DNA of 64,000 nucleotides from Escherichia coli (GTDB lineage Bacteria; Pseudomonadota; Gammaproteobacteria; Enterobacterales; Enterobacteriaceae): NCBI RefSeq assembly GCF_003790525.1, contig NZ_CP033635.1; one strand, 5' to 3'. Shown piece by piece: positions 9,603 to 22,550 of this stretch (position 1 is its first letter; each line of letters starts with the position of its first letter). The notes under the pieces were generated by a model. It saw only the letters and a program-made list of their open reading frames with translations, ran no database searches and was not told where the DNA came from. The position numbers and the translations under genes were made by a program.

Positions 9603-12600
9603 TACCAGCTATATTTCACACCCAGCATGCCCTGAGTATCGCTATAGCCTTTATCACCTAGTTGCACACCGACATTCCCCCACAGGCTAAGGTTGTTATA
9701 TTCGCATCGTTCTGATACCAGGTCGCGTACAGTCCTGCGCTGTAACCGCTGATGCGCCCATCCGATTTATAACCCACATGATTACTCTGAGTATTACTGT
9801 GCTGATTGGCATAGCCTGCCATGACGCCGAGATGCCAGCGATCCTGCGTGCTACTCCACTGCGCCAAATCGCCGCCTAGCTGCAATACATAGCGGTTAGC
9901 CTGAGTATTTAGCTGACCATCACCGGTCCTGAAACGTTCGTGCCCTCCGACATGACGCATCCACATACTGGTTGCCGAATCCTGAACTCGCAGTGAATCT
10001 GTATACTGCGGCTCACCCAGACGGTCGTGTAAGCGATGGCTAAACAGCGAGTTGGCTGCGGCAATGTTGCTGATATAGCTTCCGGCCTCCGGGCGATAAA
10101 CTGATGGGCCTTCCGGATCCACAACAGGGGGATTATTGATGGGATCGGGTGTATCCGCTGGCGTTACGCCGTCCCATTTACTGGTCAGATACCAGTTTTT
10201 CTCGTCATTCCCCTTCCCTTTAGCCAGCGTGTAGACGTAAGCCCCAGCTTCGACAGTTCCGGTGGTCAGCGCGAAGTTACCTGCAGAATTACCGCCAACC
10301 TCAATGAGTTCAATACCGTTGACCGTTTGTGCACCGACGCCGCCAATGTTATCAACCCGAACGCGAGTGTTCCCTTGGGTATCGCCTTTCACGTTCATTT
10401 TATCCGTGGGTGAATTATCGCCGCCCAGCGTCGCGTTGAACGTCATCAGGCCATTGTTTCCGGTATAGTTGCCGTTAACGGTCAGTACATTCCCCGGTTT
10501 CCCCCCTTCGCTGTTCATTTGAACCGTGCCACCATTCTCCAGGTTACCGCCGACAGTGGTTTTAGCGACACGCAGTGTCCCCCCTGGCATAACGTTCACA
10601 TCACCTGCAGTGGTGACATTTCCCGACATCACACCGCTGTTATGGATATTAATGTGCTGACTTGCCATATTAATGGCAGAGTCGGAACCGAAAGCAATTT
10701 CACCACCCACGATATCCGTCGTACCCTGATACGCCGCGGAATCTTTGTTAAGAGTCAGGATCCCGGTACCCAGTTTTGTCACATCACCGCTACCGCTGAT
10801 ACTGTGCGTCATCGCCCAGCTACGCTCAGTGGCGATGGTGAGCAGGCCATTATTGATAACGGAAGCATCCCCCAGGTTTTTCTGCTCGTTGACGCTGAGC
10901 GCGCTGCCTGTATCAATGTTGAATTGCCCCACAAAGCGGCTATTATCGCCATCCAGCTCTACGTCTGTCCTGGCGGTTGCGCTCACGATACCCTTCCCGC
11001 TTATGCTATTACGCAGTTCGCCGGTCACGTTTTTTAGCGTTAACAGACCGTCATTGGCAATATTTCCTCTGCCTAACCCCTGCGTATTATCGAGGCTGAC
11101 TTCCGCATTTGGGCTAACGCTGGTTAACGCATTGTAGCGTGCATTAAGCCCCTCGATAGCCAGCGTTCCCCCTGTAACATTCAGGTTTCCGCCACCTGTC
11201 AGTTCACCCTGACTGATCCCACCTTTATTTACCGTCAGCGACCCTTCTTTGAACAAAACAGTCGAACCCATCTGCCCGGTGAATGTCTCTACCGTCTGCG
11301 TCGATCCATTAAGATCGACGATGGCCGCGTTGCTGATGTTCAGTTCCCGGGTGTTGCCCAGCGCGCCATCCGCATCGGTACGTAATGTCCCCATCTGAAC
11401 GTAGGTTGCCCCCTGATAGTCGTTCTGACCGTTGGAAAGCGAAACCTGTCGCACCGTATTGATTGCCAGATCCCCTTCACCACCGATTTTTGCCGACATA
11501 TCGGCCGTTGCGCCATAGGCTCCGCCATGTTCGGCTAATGTCAGCTTTTGCCCACCATGGATGTTCAGCGCTTTCAGCCCATAGTTAACGTACAAACCAT
11601 CACCTGGTGCGGTCGTGAGGCGGAATCCATAATCACCCTCAGCGACCACCGTTCCGTTTTGCGCAATGTGTAACGTTTTGTCCGCTTCCACCTCGTCGCC
11701 CTGTAAATCACGTAACGTTAATGAGCCACCCGACCCAATAACCGTTTGCGCCTTCACCAGTTGAACGCCGACATGGTTATCATCGTGTTCCAGCAAATTG
11801 AGCGTCGTCAGAGGGTTATTCGCCATGGGATCATTCCACGGTTTAGGCACGTCGATAAGCACGTCGCCCGTCCCGTTTACCTGATAGTTACGGCCTTTCC
11901 AGGTGTAGTCACTCGCGCCGACAACCAGCGTATCGACGCTGATATATCCCTCTGCAAGCGTCGCAGCAGGAATATCCGTATCGAAAATGAGCGTACCGCC
12001 ATTCATGGCCAGTCCACCAATGGATTGCTCTCCTACGTTTACCGATGTGGTATTTTCAATGTCAGACTGCAACATCGCGTGAGTAAGCGCAGCGGTGTTG
12101 TCGCGTTCCAGAGTGAAGGTACTGTCTTTCAGTTGGGCAACACCGGCGAATTCAGTCCCTGTTGCATGGGTAAAGCCAAACATCTTGTCGGAGGATGACA
12201 GCTGCACTCGCATCAAGCCATCGCCTTTGAGCGCATTGGTCAGCGTGTAATCTCCTGCGCTGTTCGTTGATGCGAGAATGTCGAGCGTACCGGGGCTTGC
12301 AATGGTGACTTCACTCGAACCCATGCCTGTTACCCCATCTGCCGTATGTGACGCAATAGTCAGGAGGCCGTCATTGACCAGCGTTTTACCGCTATAAGTA
12401 TTCCCTGCATTGAACACCGTATGGCCTGCATCATGCATCACTTTTCCGTCTTTATCGTCACCCGTAATCAGCATATCGACCTGGTAGCCGGCATCACTGT
12501 TATTGGTATGATTAAAGACAAAAACGCCTTCGCCAAGACCAAACTCCACTTTCGTCGCATTGGTAATAAACCCGGCATCTGCCGCCACCTCACCGTGAGC

Positions 12601-14538
12601 AGCACCAATGTTTAGCGTTCCTACAGCAGGCTCAAAAACACCTAAGTAAACTTCTCCACCTTCGACATTCAGCGTGCCGTTATTCGTCAGGGTTAACGTA
12701 CCTGTGCCAGTCGTCCCTACGTTCATATTGAATGTTTCAAGAAGAGAGTTCTGCCCATCCACCCGCACGTCGCCCTTACTTTTGTCATTCAGAGCTATCT
12801 GTGTATCACGCGCTTTAACTATACCTCCGGTGGTAATATTCAGTTCACCCGTACCTAATACACCGACCTGTAGCAATTGGGCGTTAGTAGATGACGTTTT
12901 TAAATTCCAGAGACTATCCGTTGAAATATTAACTATCCCCTTACCGGAGGCATTTCCTCCGATAAATCCATAGCCCGTTGAATTAAGGGTGGCACCATTA
13001 CTGACATTTACGATGCCGCTACCAAAATTACCGACATTGATACCTACAGTATCGAACGATGATGTCGCATCCATCAGGTTCAGTGTGCCGATACCGCTTG
13101 CTTTATCGCCCAAAAAAGTAATATTTTGCGATACGAACTTACCGCCATCGCTGATATTGAGGTTTCCGACGCCCGCAACACCAATAGTGGTATAGACATT
13201 CTTATTGACCTCCCACATCCCCCCCGTGGTGATGCTAACCTTCCCGATGCCGGTTTCTCCATAACCGAGTGAACTTCCTCCGTTGCTGACAACAAGCCCC
13301 TCATTACTGATATTCATTTCGCCGTGGCCGTCATAACCAAGATTAGTTCCGAGATTAGTGATAACGGAGTTCTTATCCTTAACAGTAATGTTGCCTGTGC
13401 CTGTTTCTTTCATCCCCGCAGTGATAATTCCCGAATCTACTTTGCCTTCACTAGAGACATTAAGTTCACCGTCGCCAGCATCACCGATATAGATATAGCG
13501 GAAAGCTTCGCCCGTTCCGAGGAAATTCCAATGCCCTTTATCGGTCACGTTGACGACACCGTGGGAACCGTCCTGAACGCCCACCAATGAATATTCTTTG
13601 TTATTAATCAGTCCATTATTGGAAATATTGACTTTGCCATTACCGAAATATCCATTATAGAGTCTGCGTACCGTGATGACAGAGTCTTGATCCTGCACAT
13701 TCAGGGTTCCGATACCGGTGGCATTGCCTCCGATAATCGTATTTTCAGCCGTAATCAGTCCACCCTCGCGAATAGTCGCTTCCCCAGTTCCTTGATTACC
13801 AATTTGAAATTCAATTGAGGAATCGTTATTTTTTATTAGCCACTCACCGCCCTTTTCAACGACAACCTTACCATTACTGTTCGCTTGATATCCTACAGTG
13901 GCGACTATTGAACTCGTGACGTAACCCTTATCCGTAATATTTAATGAGCCCGTACCGTAACTCCCTATTTCGAATAATTCGGTCGTCAGAACCGAGTCCT
14001 CTCCCTCAACATTAACCGTCCCGACGCCTCCTGTCGAAGAACCTATCCTTAAATATCCTCCGTCAACGTGACCCTTCTGTTTAATATTCAGCGTCCCCGT
14101 TCCGGATTGACCCACATTTAAAGGCCTTGCATTATTTCCGCTATCATACAATCGCCAGGTGCCACCCAAAACATTAACGGTGCCCTCCGAGTCCTCATTA
14201 CCACCAATGACGCTGGTAGTAATAGTGGTTAAGGAGGCATTACCGCCAGCCAAAATATTAAGCACTCCAGTGCCATACCACCCAACCAGGTAGGCATCGT
14301 AAGCAACATCAGTATTAATATTGGTAATCTGACCATTATCAACTTCCAGACTCGCACCAGACGCTGAACCGCTTAGTGCCAGCAAAACACCCAGCGTCAA
14401 TCTACTGAATTTCGTTGTCAATCCAGAGGATTTACGCAAATTAACCGTCGATGTTTTACCTACCCTGCGAGTTAATTCCGAGCAGGCCTGAAATACCTGT
14501 AGGGTGCAATTCCATATCACGCGATAGATTCTATTCAT
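9603..14538 (-). pseudogene. yneO: AIDA-I-type autotransporter adhesin with internal deletion/frameshift in the translocator domain
   Basis: 1626-codon ORF with extended signal peptide (MNRIYRVIWN...), repetitive passenger, start of translocator (NSLFSHRLHDRL...WMRHVGG...); ORF stops at 9658 while the final barrel strand (...[26 protein letters not shown]) is in another frame ending at 9603. Confidence 0.65.
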
Positions 14539-15020
14539 ATAAACGCTCCATATACAAACAATACAGCCACGAAAGAGATGAGTCGTCAGACATTAAAAAT
14601 GAAACTTATTAAATTGTCAGAGGTCTGTATTGAGTGTTGGTTGGAGGTGGGAAGGTGTCAATTTGGCTAACTTTCTAATGCTTTCGAATTGATAGATTAA
14701 AAATCGCATAGTTCTTATTTTATTTAAAAATGAACCATGAGTTATTGTTGCTTAATAAGAAAAATATTTCTTTCAATAAGAAAATTACCATCATCATATT
14801 TAACAAAGAATAGCACTAATTGCTAAAAAAGAACTCTATTAAAACTCTTTTTCATTCATTTATGCCTTTAGGAATATTCGCTATAAAATAAGGGTTATGC
14901 TTAATGTTTTAAGAAAAATAGCAATTTCCCCTTGAATATAGTACTGGCGATGGAACGATGAATCTGCAAGCTGGCATTTAACAAGCCAGTTCTAAAAGAA
15001 GGGAAATAAGAATAACTATA

Positions 15021-15059
15021 CTCAAAAACTAACAGCCACGGTCATCATGATGTGGCTGT
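15021..15059 (-). terminator. Rho-independent terminator downstream of lsrK
   Basis: Stem ACAGCCAC/GTGGCTGT with loop, followed on the minus strand by a T-rich run, 9 nt after the lsrK stop. Confidence 0.55.
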
Positions 15060-15067
15060 CAATGAAA

Positions 15068-16660
15068 CTATAACCCAGGCGCTTTCCATAACGACGTCGT
15101 CAGTCCATGATCAACCAGCCCCAGCTGATCCTGATAAACTGCCTGCCACTTATCGCGTGAATCCTGATAAAGTTCATGCTTTTCTGGGTCTGGTGTGTGC
15201 GTCCGTTCCCAGCGAACCAGGCGTTCTCCGGTTTCTGCCATTGATGAAAAAATTCCGGCACCGACGCCAGCTGCAATGGCACATCCTAATGCAGTGGCTT
15301 CTTTGACCACCGGAATATTGACGGGTAATCCCGAGACATCAGCGAGAATTTGACTCCATAATTTCCCTTTTGAACCTCCGCCTGCAAAGACCAGAGATGT
15401 GGGATGAATATTCGAAAAATCAGCAATTTGCTGCAAGTTACACGCTGATACAATCGACGCATTTTCTTCCAGCGCACGGAACAATGTCGCTTTGTTACAT
15501 TTATCCGGGTCAATGGACAAGTTAATAAAGGAAGGCGCAGCGTGATACCAGGTTTTAAAGCGCATTCTGTCGGAGAATATCGGCATTACGCCCCACGACC
15601 CAGGCGGCACACGACTTGCCATCTCTTCAAGCAGCGTATAGGTGTCGATGCCTAAACGTTCGGCAATCAGTTTTTCTTCGGCACAGAAAGCATCGCGGAA
15701 CCAGCGCATGGTGAGTCCGGTAAAAAAGCTTATAGATTCAGCTTGTACCATGCCAGGAATAACATGGGGATTAACGCGCACGTTCATTTCTGGGTCTGTC
15801 ACCGGCGCGGCTAAGTTTACAACTTGCTGCCAGAATGTGCCGCCAAGAACCGCGGTTTGTGCCGGACGTACAACGCCTAACCCCAGGCAACCAAGCTGCA
15901 CGTCACCTCCTCCAACGACCACCGGAGTGCCCGCCTTCAGACCGCAGAGCTCCGCCGCGTGTGAACTTACCACGCCCAGCAATGTGCCGGTTTCTTTGAC
16001 AGGAGAAAGAATATCGGCACGCAGGCCAGCCATATCCAGCAATGCAGGTTTCCAGTCACGGGTGGTTAGATCAAGAAGTCCCGTGGTGCCAGCGTTAGAG
16101 GGATCCACCGCCAGTTCGCCGCTGAGCATATAGGCCAGCCAGTCGCTGATCATGGTGATGGTCGACGCCTGTCGGTAGATATCGGAACGATGGTGCGCCA
16201 GCCAAAGTAATCTGGGGATGGCGCTTAAAGCCAGCGTTTGCCCGGTCGCTCGATAAACTTTGTTTTCAAAGGTATTGTTGTGCAGTTCTTTAAGTTCGCT
16301 AACTTCGCGCGCCGCTCTGGCATCCACATTGGCGCAGGCCCAGATCGGTGTTCCATCATTGTTATATAAAACAATGCCTTCACGCATCGAACATGCCGAA
16401 ACGGCAGCGATATACTCCGGGGCTATGCCGGCGTTGTGCAGCGCCTGGCGCATACACTCACACGCCAGTTGCCAGTTTTTGTTGAGATCAAATTCCATAG
16501 AACCAGGAACGTCCGGTACTGCCAGATGCCGCCACTCCGCCTGTCCCACGGCTATTTGATTGCCTTCCAGGTCGAATATCACAGCCCGAATACTTCCGGT
16601 GCCTGCATCCAGCGCCATCAGGTAGTACTTTGATTCTGAAGGGGTAAAGAGTCGAGCCAT
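15068..16660 (-). CDS. lsrK: Autoinducer-2 kinase
   Basis: 530-aa ORF, FGGY carbohydrate kinase family, divergent from the lsr transporter operon. Confidence 0.9.
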   Translation of the reverse strand: MARLFTPSESKYYLMALDAGTGSIRAVIFDLEGNQIAVGQAEWRHLAVPDVPGSMEFDLNKNWQLACECMRQALHNAGIAPEYIAAVSACSMREGIVLYNNDGTPIWACANVDARAAREVSELKELHNNTFENKVYRATGQTLALSAIPRLLWLAHHRSDIYRQASTITMISDWLAYMLSGELAVDPSNAGTTGLLDLTTRDWKPALLDMAGLRADILSPVKETGTLLGVVSSHAAELCGLKAGTPVVVGGGDVQLGCLGLGVVRPAQTAVLGGTFWQQVVNLAAPVTDPEMNVRVNPHVIPGMVQAESISFFTGLTMRWFRDAFCAEEKLIAERLGIDTYTLLEEMASRVPPGSWGVMPIFSDRMRFKTWYHAAPSFINLSIDPDKCNKATLFRALEENASIVSACNLQQIADFSNIHPTSLVFAGGGSKGKLWSQILADVSGLPVNIPVVKEATALGCAIAAGVGAGIFSSMAETGERLVRWERTHTPDPEKHELYQDSRDKWQAVYQDQLGLVDHGLTTSLWKAPGL

Positions 16661-16738
16661 TAGATTATCCTCGGCTTATGCGTTCTGTCTGTTCCTCTAT
16701 ACGTTCTCCATCATTCCCGGTAATAAGGTCATGCAAAT

Positions 16739-17692
16739 TTAACTACGTAAAATCGCCGCTGCTGTATCCTGATCGGTAACCAGTGCGTTGATATAACCGC
16801 CTTTCATTGCAGCGGCAATTGCTTCGGCTTTATTTTCTCCCCCTGCCACGCCAACCCGGACGGGTATGGTCTTCAGCGCGCTTAAAGGTAAGCCAATCAG
16901 TTCGTTATGTATTTTAATATCCGTGACAACGTCACCTTTTGCATCAAAAAAGTAGCCTAAAATGTCGCCAACCGCCCCTTTTCGACCAATCATTAACTGT
17001 TCGCCCTGGCTGATATAACCGGAGCGAATGATCGTCGCGTCGTCTTGTTGACTCACGGCCCCAATGCCGACAATCGCCACATCCGCAGCTTGTGCGGCTA
17101 GCAGAACATCTTTGACGCAATTTTCATTTTTTAGCGTATGGGCAATGTCAGCGGAGGATGCCCGCAACGGAGCCGGAATAATATTCACACTGCACGCCGC
17201 GTTAAGCTGCCCGATACCCGTCATATAAGAACCGACTCCACCGGAGAGCGTGACCAGGCGAATTTGCTGTGACGAAATAAAACCACTTAAGCGTTGCAGC
17301 GTATTCATGGTTGCCTCGCCAAAACCAATCGCCAGCATCTGTTGTGGTTGAAGTAAACTCATCAACATATGCGCCGCGCCTATCCCTAGTCGCCCGCCGA
17401 CATCAGCATCCGCAAGCCCTGGGATCACCCGGACATGTTGCAGCGAAAACTGACGACATAATTGTGTTTCATATTCCAGACAGCCTTCAAAGCGTGAATT
17501 AATCTGTACGCGAATAATGCCGGATTGATGCCCTTTCTCCAGTAATCGCGACACTTTCAAACGGGTCAGGCCGAGACGATCGCTGATCTCACTCTGGGTC
17601 AGCCCGTCGTGGTAGTAAAACCACGCAATCCGTGCGACCTGTTCTTCTTCACACATTCCCTGTTCTGAAATTACCGAATCGTTGATTGTCAT
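16739..17692 (-). CDS. lsrR: lsr operon repressor (SorC family)
   Basis: 317-aa ORF with N-terminal HTH and sugar-binding domain; position upstream of lsrK. Confidence 0.9.
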   Translation of the reverse strand: MTINDSVISEQGMCEEEQVARIAWFYYHDGLTQSEISDRLGLTRLKVSRLLEKGHQSGIIRVQINSRFEGCLEYETQLCRQFSLQHVRVIPGLADADVGGRLGIGAAHMLMSLLQPQQMLAIGFGEATMNTLQRLSGFISSQQIRLVTLSGGVGSYMTGIGQLNAACSVNIIPAPLRASSADIAHTLKNENCVKDVLLAAQAADVAIVGIGAVSQQDDATIIRSGYISQGEQLMIGRKGAVGDILGYFFDAKGDVVTDIKIHNELIGLPLSALKTIPVRVGVAGGENKAEAIAAAMKGGYINALVTDQDTAAAILRS

Positions 17693-17760
17693 AATTCATT
17701 CTTCACTTTGAACATACTTAAATCTTTAATGCAATTGTTCAGTTCTTGCGCATTTATATC

Positions 17761-17776
17761 TGTGATGGCAACCACA
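17761..17776. promoter_or_regulatory. Candidate CRP site TGTGATGGCAACCACA in the lsrR-lsrA intergenic region
   Basis: 9/10 match to TGTGA-N6-TCACA half sites; lsr is known to be CRP dependent. Confidence 0.35.
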
Positions 17777-17940
17777 GTTTGACTCTATGAGCATGAACAA
17801 ACGCAACCGTGAAAATCAAAATAGCATAAATTGTGATCTATTCGTCGGAAATATGTGCAATGTCCACCTAAGGTTATGAACAAATTAAAAGCAGAAATAC
17901 ATTTGTTCAAAACTCACCTGCAAAACTGAACGGGGGAAAT

Positions 17941-19476
17941 ATGCAAACGAGTGATACCCGCGCGTTACCGCTACTTTGCGCCCGCTCGGTTTATAAACAG
18001 TATTCAGGAGTTAATGTCCTGAAAGGCATCGATTTTACGTTGCATCAGGGGGAGGTCCACGCCCTGCTCGGCGGCAATGGTGCCGGTAAATCGACGTTAA
18101 TGAAGATTATTGCCGGTATTACCCCTGCTGATAGCGGTACGCTGGAGATTGGGGGCAACAACTACGTCAGATTAACGCCAGTTCATGCTCATCAGCTGGG
18201 CATTTATCTCGTTCCCCAGGAACCGCTGCTTTTTCCAAGCCTGTCGATAAAAGAAAACATCCTGTTTGGTCTGGCAAAAAAACAGCTCTCCATACAGAAA
18301 ATGAATAACTTGCTGGCGGCGCTGGGCTGCCAGTTTGATCTGCATAGTCTGGCAGGATCGCTGGATGTCGCCGATCGCCAAATGGTGGAAATCCTCCGCG
18401 GGCTGATGCGCGATTCGCGAATTCTGATCCTCGATGAACCTACCGCCTCGCTTACTCCCGCCGAAACCGAACGTTTGTTTATTCGCTTGCGGGAGCTGCT
18501 TGCTACTGGCGTGGGTATTGTTTTTATCTCGCATAAGCTGCCGGAAATTCGCCAGATTGCCGACCGAATTAGCGTGATGCGCGACGGAACCATCGCCTTA
18601 AGCGGCAAAACCAGCGAACTGTCTACCGACGACATTATTCAGGCCATTACGCCAGCGCTACGGGAAAAATCGCTCTCTGCCAGCCAAAAATTATGGCTGG
18701 AATTACCTGGCAACCGCCCACAACATGCCGCGGGAACGCCGGTGCTGACACTGGAAAATCTGACCGGCGAAGGTTTCAGGAATGTCAGCCTGACGCTCAA
18801 TGCCGGAGAAATTCTGGGCCTGGCTGGGCTGGTGGGAGCCGGACGCACAGAACTGGCCGAGACGCTCTATGGTCTGCGTACTTTGCGTGGCGGACGCATT
18901 ATGCTGAATGGTAAAGAGATCAATAGATTATCCACCGGAGAACGTTTACTGCGCGGTCTGGTTTATCTGCCGGAAGATCGCCAGTCATCCGGACTTAATC
19001 TCGATGCTTCACTGGCGTGGAACGTCTGCGCCCTTACTCATAACCTTCGTGGATTCTGGGCGAAAACCGCGAAAGATAATGCCACCCTGGAACGATATCG
19101 TCGGGCGCTGAATATTAAATTTAACCAACCGGAACAAGCTGCGCGGACCTTATCCGGCGGCAACCAGCAAAAAATCCTGATTGCCAAATGCCTGGAAGCC
19201 TCGCCGCAAGTATTGATTGTCGATGAGCCGACGCGCGGCGTGGATGTCTCGGCGCGTAATGATATCTACCAACTGTTGCGCAGCATCGCCGCACAGAATG
19301 TGGCTGTGCTGCTTATCTCCTCTGATCTCGAAGAGATCGAACTGATGGCAGATCGCGTGTATGTGATGCATCAGGGCGAAATTGCCCACTCTGCACTGAC
19401 CGGGCGCGATATTAATGTCGAGACCATTATGCGCGTTGCCTTCGGCGATAGTCAGCGTCAGGAGGCGTCATGCTGA
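17941..19476 (+). CDS. lsrA: AI-2 ABC transporter ATP-binding protein (two ABC domains)
   Basis: 511-aa ORF with duplicated Walker A (GGNGAGKST / GLVGAGRTE) and LSGGQQ motifs. Confidence 0.9.
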
Positions 19477-20498
19477 AATTTATTCAGAACAACCGTGAAA
19501 TCACGGCACTGCTGGCGGTGGTGCTGCTGTTTGTATTACCCGGTTTTCTCGACCGTCAGTATTTAAGTGTGCAAACGCTGACCATGGTTTATAGCAGCGC
19601 GCAAATCCTGATCCTGCTGGCAATGGGCGCGACGCTGGTAATGCTTACGCGCAATATTGATGTTTCAGTGGGTTCGATTACCGGAATGTGCGCGGTGCTG
19701 TTGGGGATGTTACTGAACGCGGGGTATTCACTACCTGTTGCTTGTGTCGCGACTTTACTGCTTGGTTTGCTCGCGGGATTTTTCAACGGTGTCCTGGTCG
19801 CGTGGCTAAAGATCCCTGCCATTGTTGCCACGCTCGGTACATTAGGGTTGTACAGAGGCATCATGTTGCTGTGGACTGGCGGTAAATGGATTGAGGGATT
19901 ACCCGCCGAACTGAAACAACTCTCCGCCCCGCTGCTGTTTGGCGTTTCCGCGATTGGTTGGTTGACGATAATTCTGGTGGCATTTATGGCCTGGCTGCTG
20001 GCAAAGACGGCGTTTGGACGCAGTTTTTATGTCACGGGCGATAATTTACAGGGCGCTCGTCAACTGGGCGTTCGTACGGAAGCCATTCGCATTGTGGCAT
20101 TTTCGTTGAACGGCTGCATGGCGGCACTGGCGGGAATTGTGTTTGCTTCGCAGATTGGTTTTATCCCCAACCAGACCGGTACCGGGCTGGAGATGAAAGC
20201 AATTGCAGCCTGCGTTCTGGGCGGCATTAGTTTGCTCGGCGGTTCCGGCGCGATCATCGGTGCGGTACTCGGCGCATGGTTCCTGACGCAGATCGATAGT
20301 GTACTGGTGCTGTTGCGCATTCCGGCATGGTGGAATGATTTTATCGCGGGCATGGTTCTGCTGGCGGTGCTGGTGTTTGATGGACGCCTGCGTTGTGCGC
20401 TGGAACGTAATCTGCGGCGGCAAAAATATGCCCGCTTTATGATGCCACCGCCACCCGTTAAACCCGCTTCGTCAGGTAAAAAACGGGAGGCCGCGTAA
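19470..20498 (+). CDS. lsrC: AI-2 ABC transporter permease
   Basis: 342-aa polytopic membrane ORF overlapping lsrA stop by 7 nt. Confidence 0.9.
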
Positions 20499-21490
20499 TG
20501 CGTATTCGCTACGGTTGGGAACTGGCTCTTGCCGCACTGCTCGTTATTGAGATTGTTGCATTTGGTGCAATTAACCCGCGGATGTTAGATCTCAATATGT
20601 TGCTGTTCAGCACCAGTGACTTTATCTGCATTGGCATTGTCGCCCTACCGCTGACGATGGTGATTGTCAGTGGTGGGATCGATATTTCGTTTGGTTCGAC
20701 CATCGGCCTCTGCGCCATTGCATTGGGCGTACTGTTTCAAAGTGGTGTGCCGATGCCGCTGGCGATTCTTCTGACCTTACTGCTCGGCGCATTGTGCGGG
20801 TTGATCAACGCCGGATTAATTATCTATACCAAAGTTAACCCGCTGGTGATTACGCTTGGCACGCTGTATCTGTTTGCCGGAAGCGCCCTGCTGCTTTCCG
20901 GGATGGCCGGAGCGACGGGGTACGAAGGTATTGGTGGATTCCCGATGGCGTTTACAGATTTCGCTAACCTGGATGTGCTGGGACTCCCCGTTCCGCTGAT
21001 TATCTTCCTGATATGTCTCCTCGTTTTCTGGCTCTGGCTGCATAAAACCCATGCCGGACGTAACGTGTTTTTAATTGGGCAAAGCCCGCGTGTGGCGGTT
21101 TATAGCGCGATTCCGGTAAACCGCACCTTGTGTGCGCTCTATGCCATGACGGGGCTGGCGTCTGCGGTCGCCGCTGTGCTGCTGGTATCGTATTTTGGTT
21201 CAGCACGTTCCGATCTCGGTGCGTCGTTTCTGATGCCCGCCATCACCGCCGTAGTGCTCGGCGGTGCCAATATTTATGGTGGTTCTGGTTCCATTATCGG
21301 CACCGCCATTGCGGTTTTATTAGTGGGATATTTGCAACAAGGTTTGCAAATGGCAGGAGTGCCAAATCAGGTGTCCAGCGCCCTTTCCGGTGCGCTACTT
21401 ATCGTCGTTGTCGTAGGTCGTTCCGTTAGCCTGCATCGCCAGCAAATTAAAGAGTGGCTGGCGCGTCGGGCCAATAACCCATTGCCATAA
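20498..21490 (+). CDS. lsrD: AI-2 ABC transporter permease
   Basis: 330-aa polytopic membrane ORF, start overlaps lsrC stop. Confidence 0.9.
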   Translation: MRIRYGWELALAALLVIEIVAFGAINPRMLDLNMLLFSTSDFICIGIVALPLTMVIVSGGIDISFGSTIGLCAIALGVLFQSGVPMPLAILLTLLLGALCGLINAGLIIYTKVNPLVITLGTLYLFAGSALLLSGMAGATGYEGIGGFPMAFTDFANLDVLGLPVPLIIFLICLLVFWLWLHKTHAGRNVFLIGQSPRVAVYSAIPVNRTLCALYAMTGLASAVAAVLLVSYFGSARSDLGASFLMPAITAVVLGGANIYGGSGSIIGTAIAVLLVGYLQQGLQMAGVPNQVSSALSGALLIVVVVGRSVSLHRQQIKEWLARRANNPLP

Positions 21491-21501
21491 AGGATATCTT
21501 C

Positions 21502-22524
21502 ATGACACTTCATCGCTTTAAGAAAATCGCCTTACTTAGCGCTCTTGGCATTGCCGCAATCTCTATGAATGTGCAGGCCGCAGAGCGTATTGCATTTATT
21601 CCCAAACTGGTTGGCGTGGGATTTTTTACCAGCGGTGGCAACGGCGCACAACAAGCGGGTAAAGAGCTGGGCGTTGATGTGACCTACGACGGGCCGACAG
21701 AACCCAGTGTTTCTGGTCAGGTACAGTTGATTAATAACTTCGTCAATCAGGGTTATAACGCCATTATCGTTTCTGCGGTTTCGCCTGATGGCTTGTGTCC
21801 GGCACTGAAACGCGCCATGCAACGTGGTGTGAGAGTGCTGACCTGGGACTCTGATACCAAACCGGAGTGCCGCTCTTACTACATTAATCAGGGAACGCCC
21901 GCCCAGTTGGGAGGTATGTTGGTGGATATGGCGGCGCGTCAGGTGAATAAAGACAAAGCCAAAGTCGCGTTTTTCTACTCAAGCCCCACCGTTACGGACC
22001 AAAACCAGTGGGTGAAAGAAGCGAAAGCGAAAATCGCCAAAGAGCATCCAGGCTGGGAAATTGTCACTACGCAGTTTGGCTATAACGATGCCACTAAATC
22101 GTTACAAACCGCAGAAGGAATATTAAAAGCCTATAGCGATCTCGACGCCATTATCGCCCCCGATGCCAATGCCCTGCCCGCTGCCGCACAAGCCGCAGAA
22201 AACCTGAAAAATGACAAAGTTGCGATTGTCGGATTCAGTACGCCAAATGTGATGCGTCCATATGTGGAACGCGGCACGGTGAAAGAATTTGGCCTGTGGG
22301 ATGTGGTTCAGCAAGGCAAAATATCAGTTTATGTCGCGGATGCATTATTGAAAAAAGGATCAATGAAAACGGGCGACAAGCTGGATATTCAGGGCGTAGG
22401 TCAGGTTGAAGTCTCGCCAAACAGCGTTCAGGGCTATGACTACGAAGCGGATGGTAATGGCATCGTACTGTTACCGGAGCGCGTGATATTCAACAAAGAG
22501 AATATCGGCAAATACGATTTCTGA
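21502..22524 (+). CDS. lsrB: AI-2 periplasmic binding protein
   Basis: 340-aa ORF with signal peptide, ribose-binding-protein-like fold. Confidence 0.9.
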   Translation: MTLHRFKKIALLSALGIAAISMNVQAAERIAFIPKLVGVGFFTSGGNGAQQAGKELGVDVTYDGPTEPSVSGQVQLINNFVNQGYNAIIVSAVSPDGLCPALKRAMQRGVRVLTWDSDTKPECRSYYINQGTPAQLGGMLVDMAARQVNKDKAKVAFFYSSPTVTDQNQWVKEAKAKIAKEHPGWEIVTTQFGYNDATKSLQTAEGILKAYSDLDAIIAPDANALPAAAQAAENLKNDKVAIVGFSTPNVMRPYVERGTVKEFGLWDVVQQGKISVYVADALLKKGSMKTGDKLDIQGVGQVEVSPNSVQGYDYEADGNGIVLLPERVIFNKENIGKYDF

Positions 22525-22550
22525 TGTGCATTACTTAACCGGAGTACGTT

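Noticed and set aside
10519-12198. Plus-strand ORFs of 130-172 codons (10519-11037, 10745-11137, 11746-12198) inside the autotransporter gene
   Set aside because: They lie antisense to a long, clearly coding repetitive gene, have no RBS or recognisable domains, and are typical shadow ORFs of a GC-rich repetitive sequence
9658-14538. Treating the 1626-codon ORF as an intact autotransporter
   Set aside because: The beta-barrel is incomplete and the final strand is in a different frame, so it is called a pseudogene
9721-14538. Periodic repeats that might suggest a CRISPR array or tandem DNA repeat
   Set aside because: The periodicity is at the protein level inside one long ORF; there are no identical direct repeats with unique spacers
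15642-16133. 163-codon plus-strand ORF inside lsrK
   Set aside because: Antisense to a conserved kinase gene; Pro/Ser/Thr/Arg-rich low-complexity translation typical of an out-of-frame artefact
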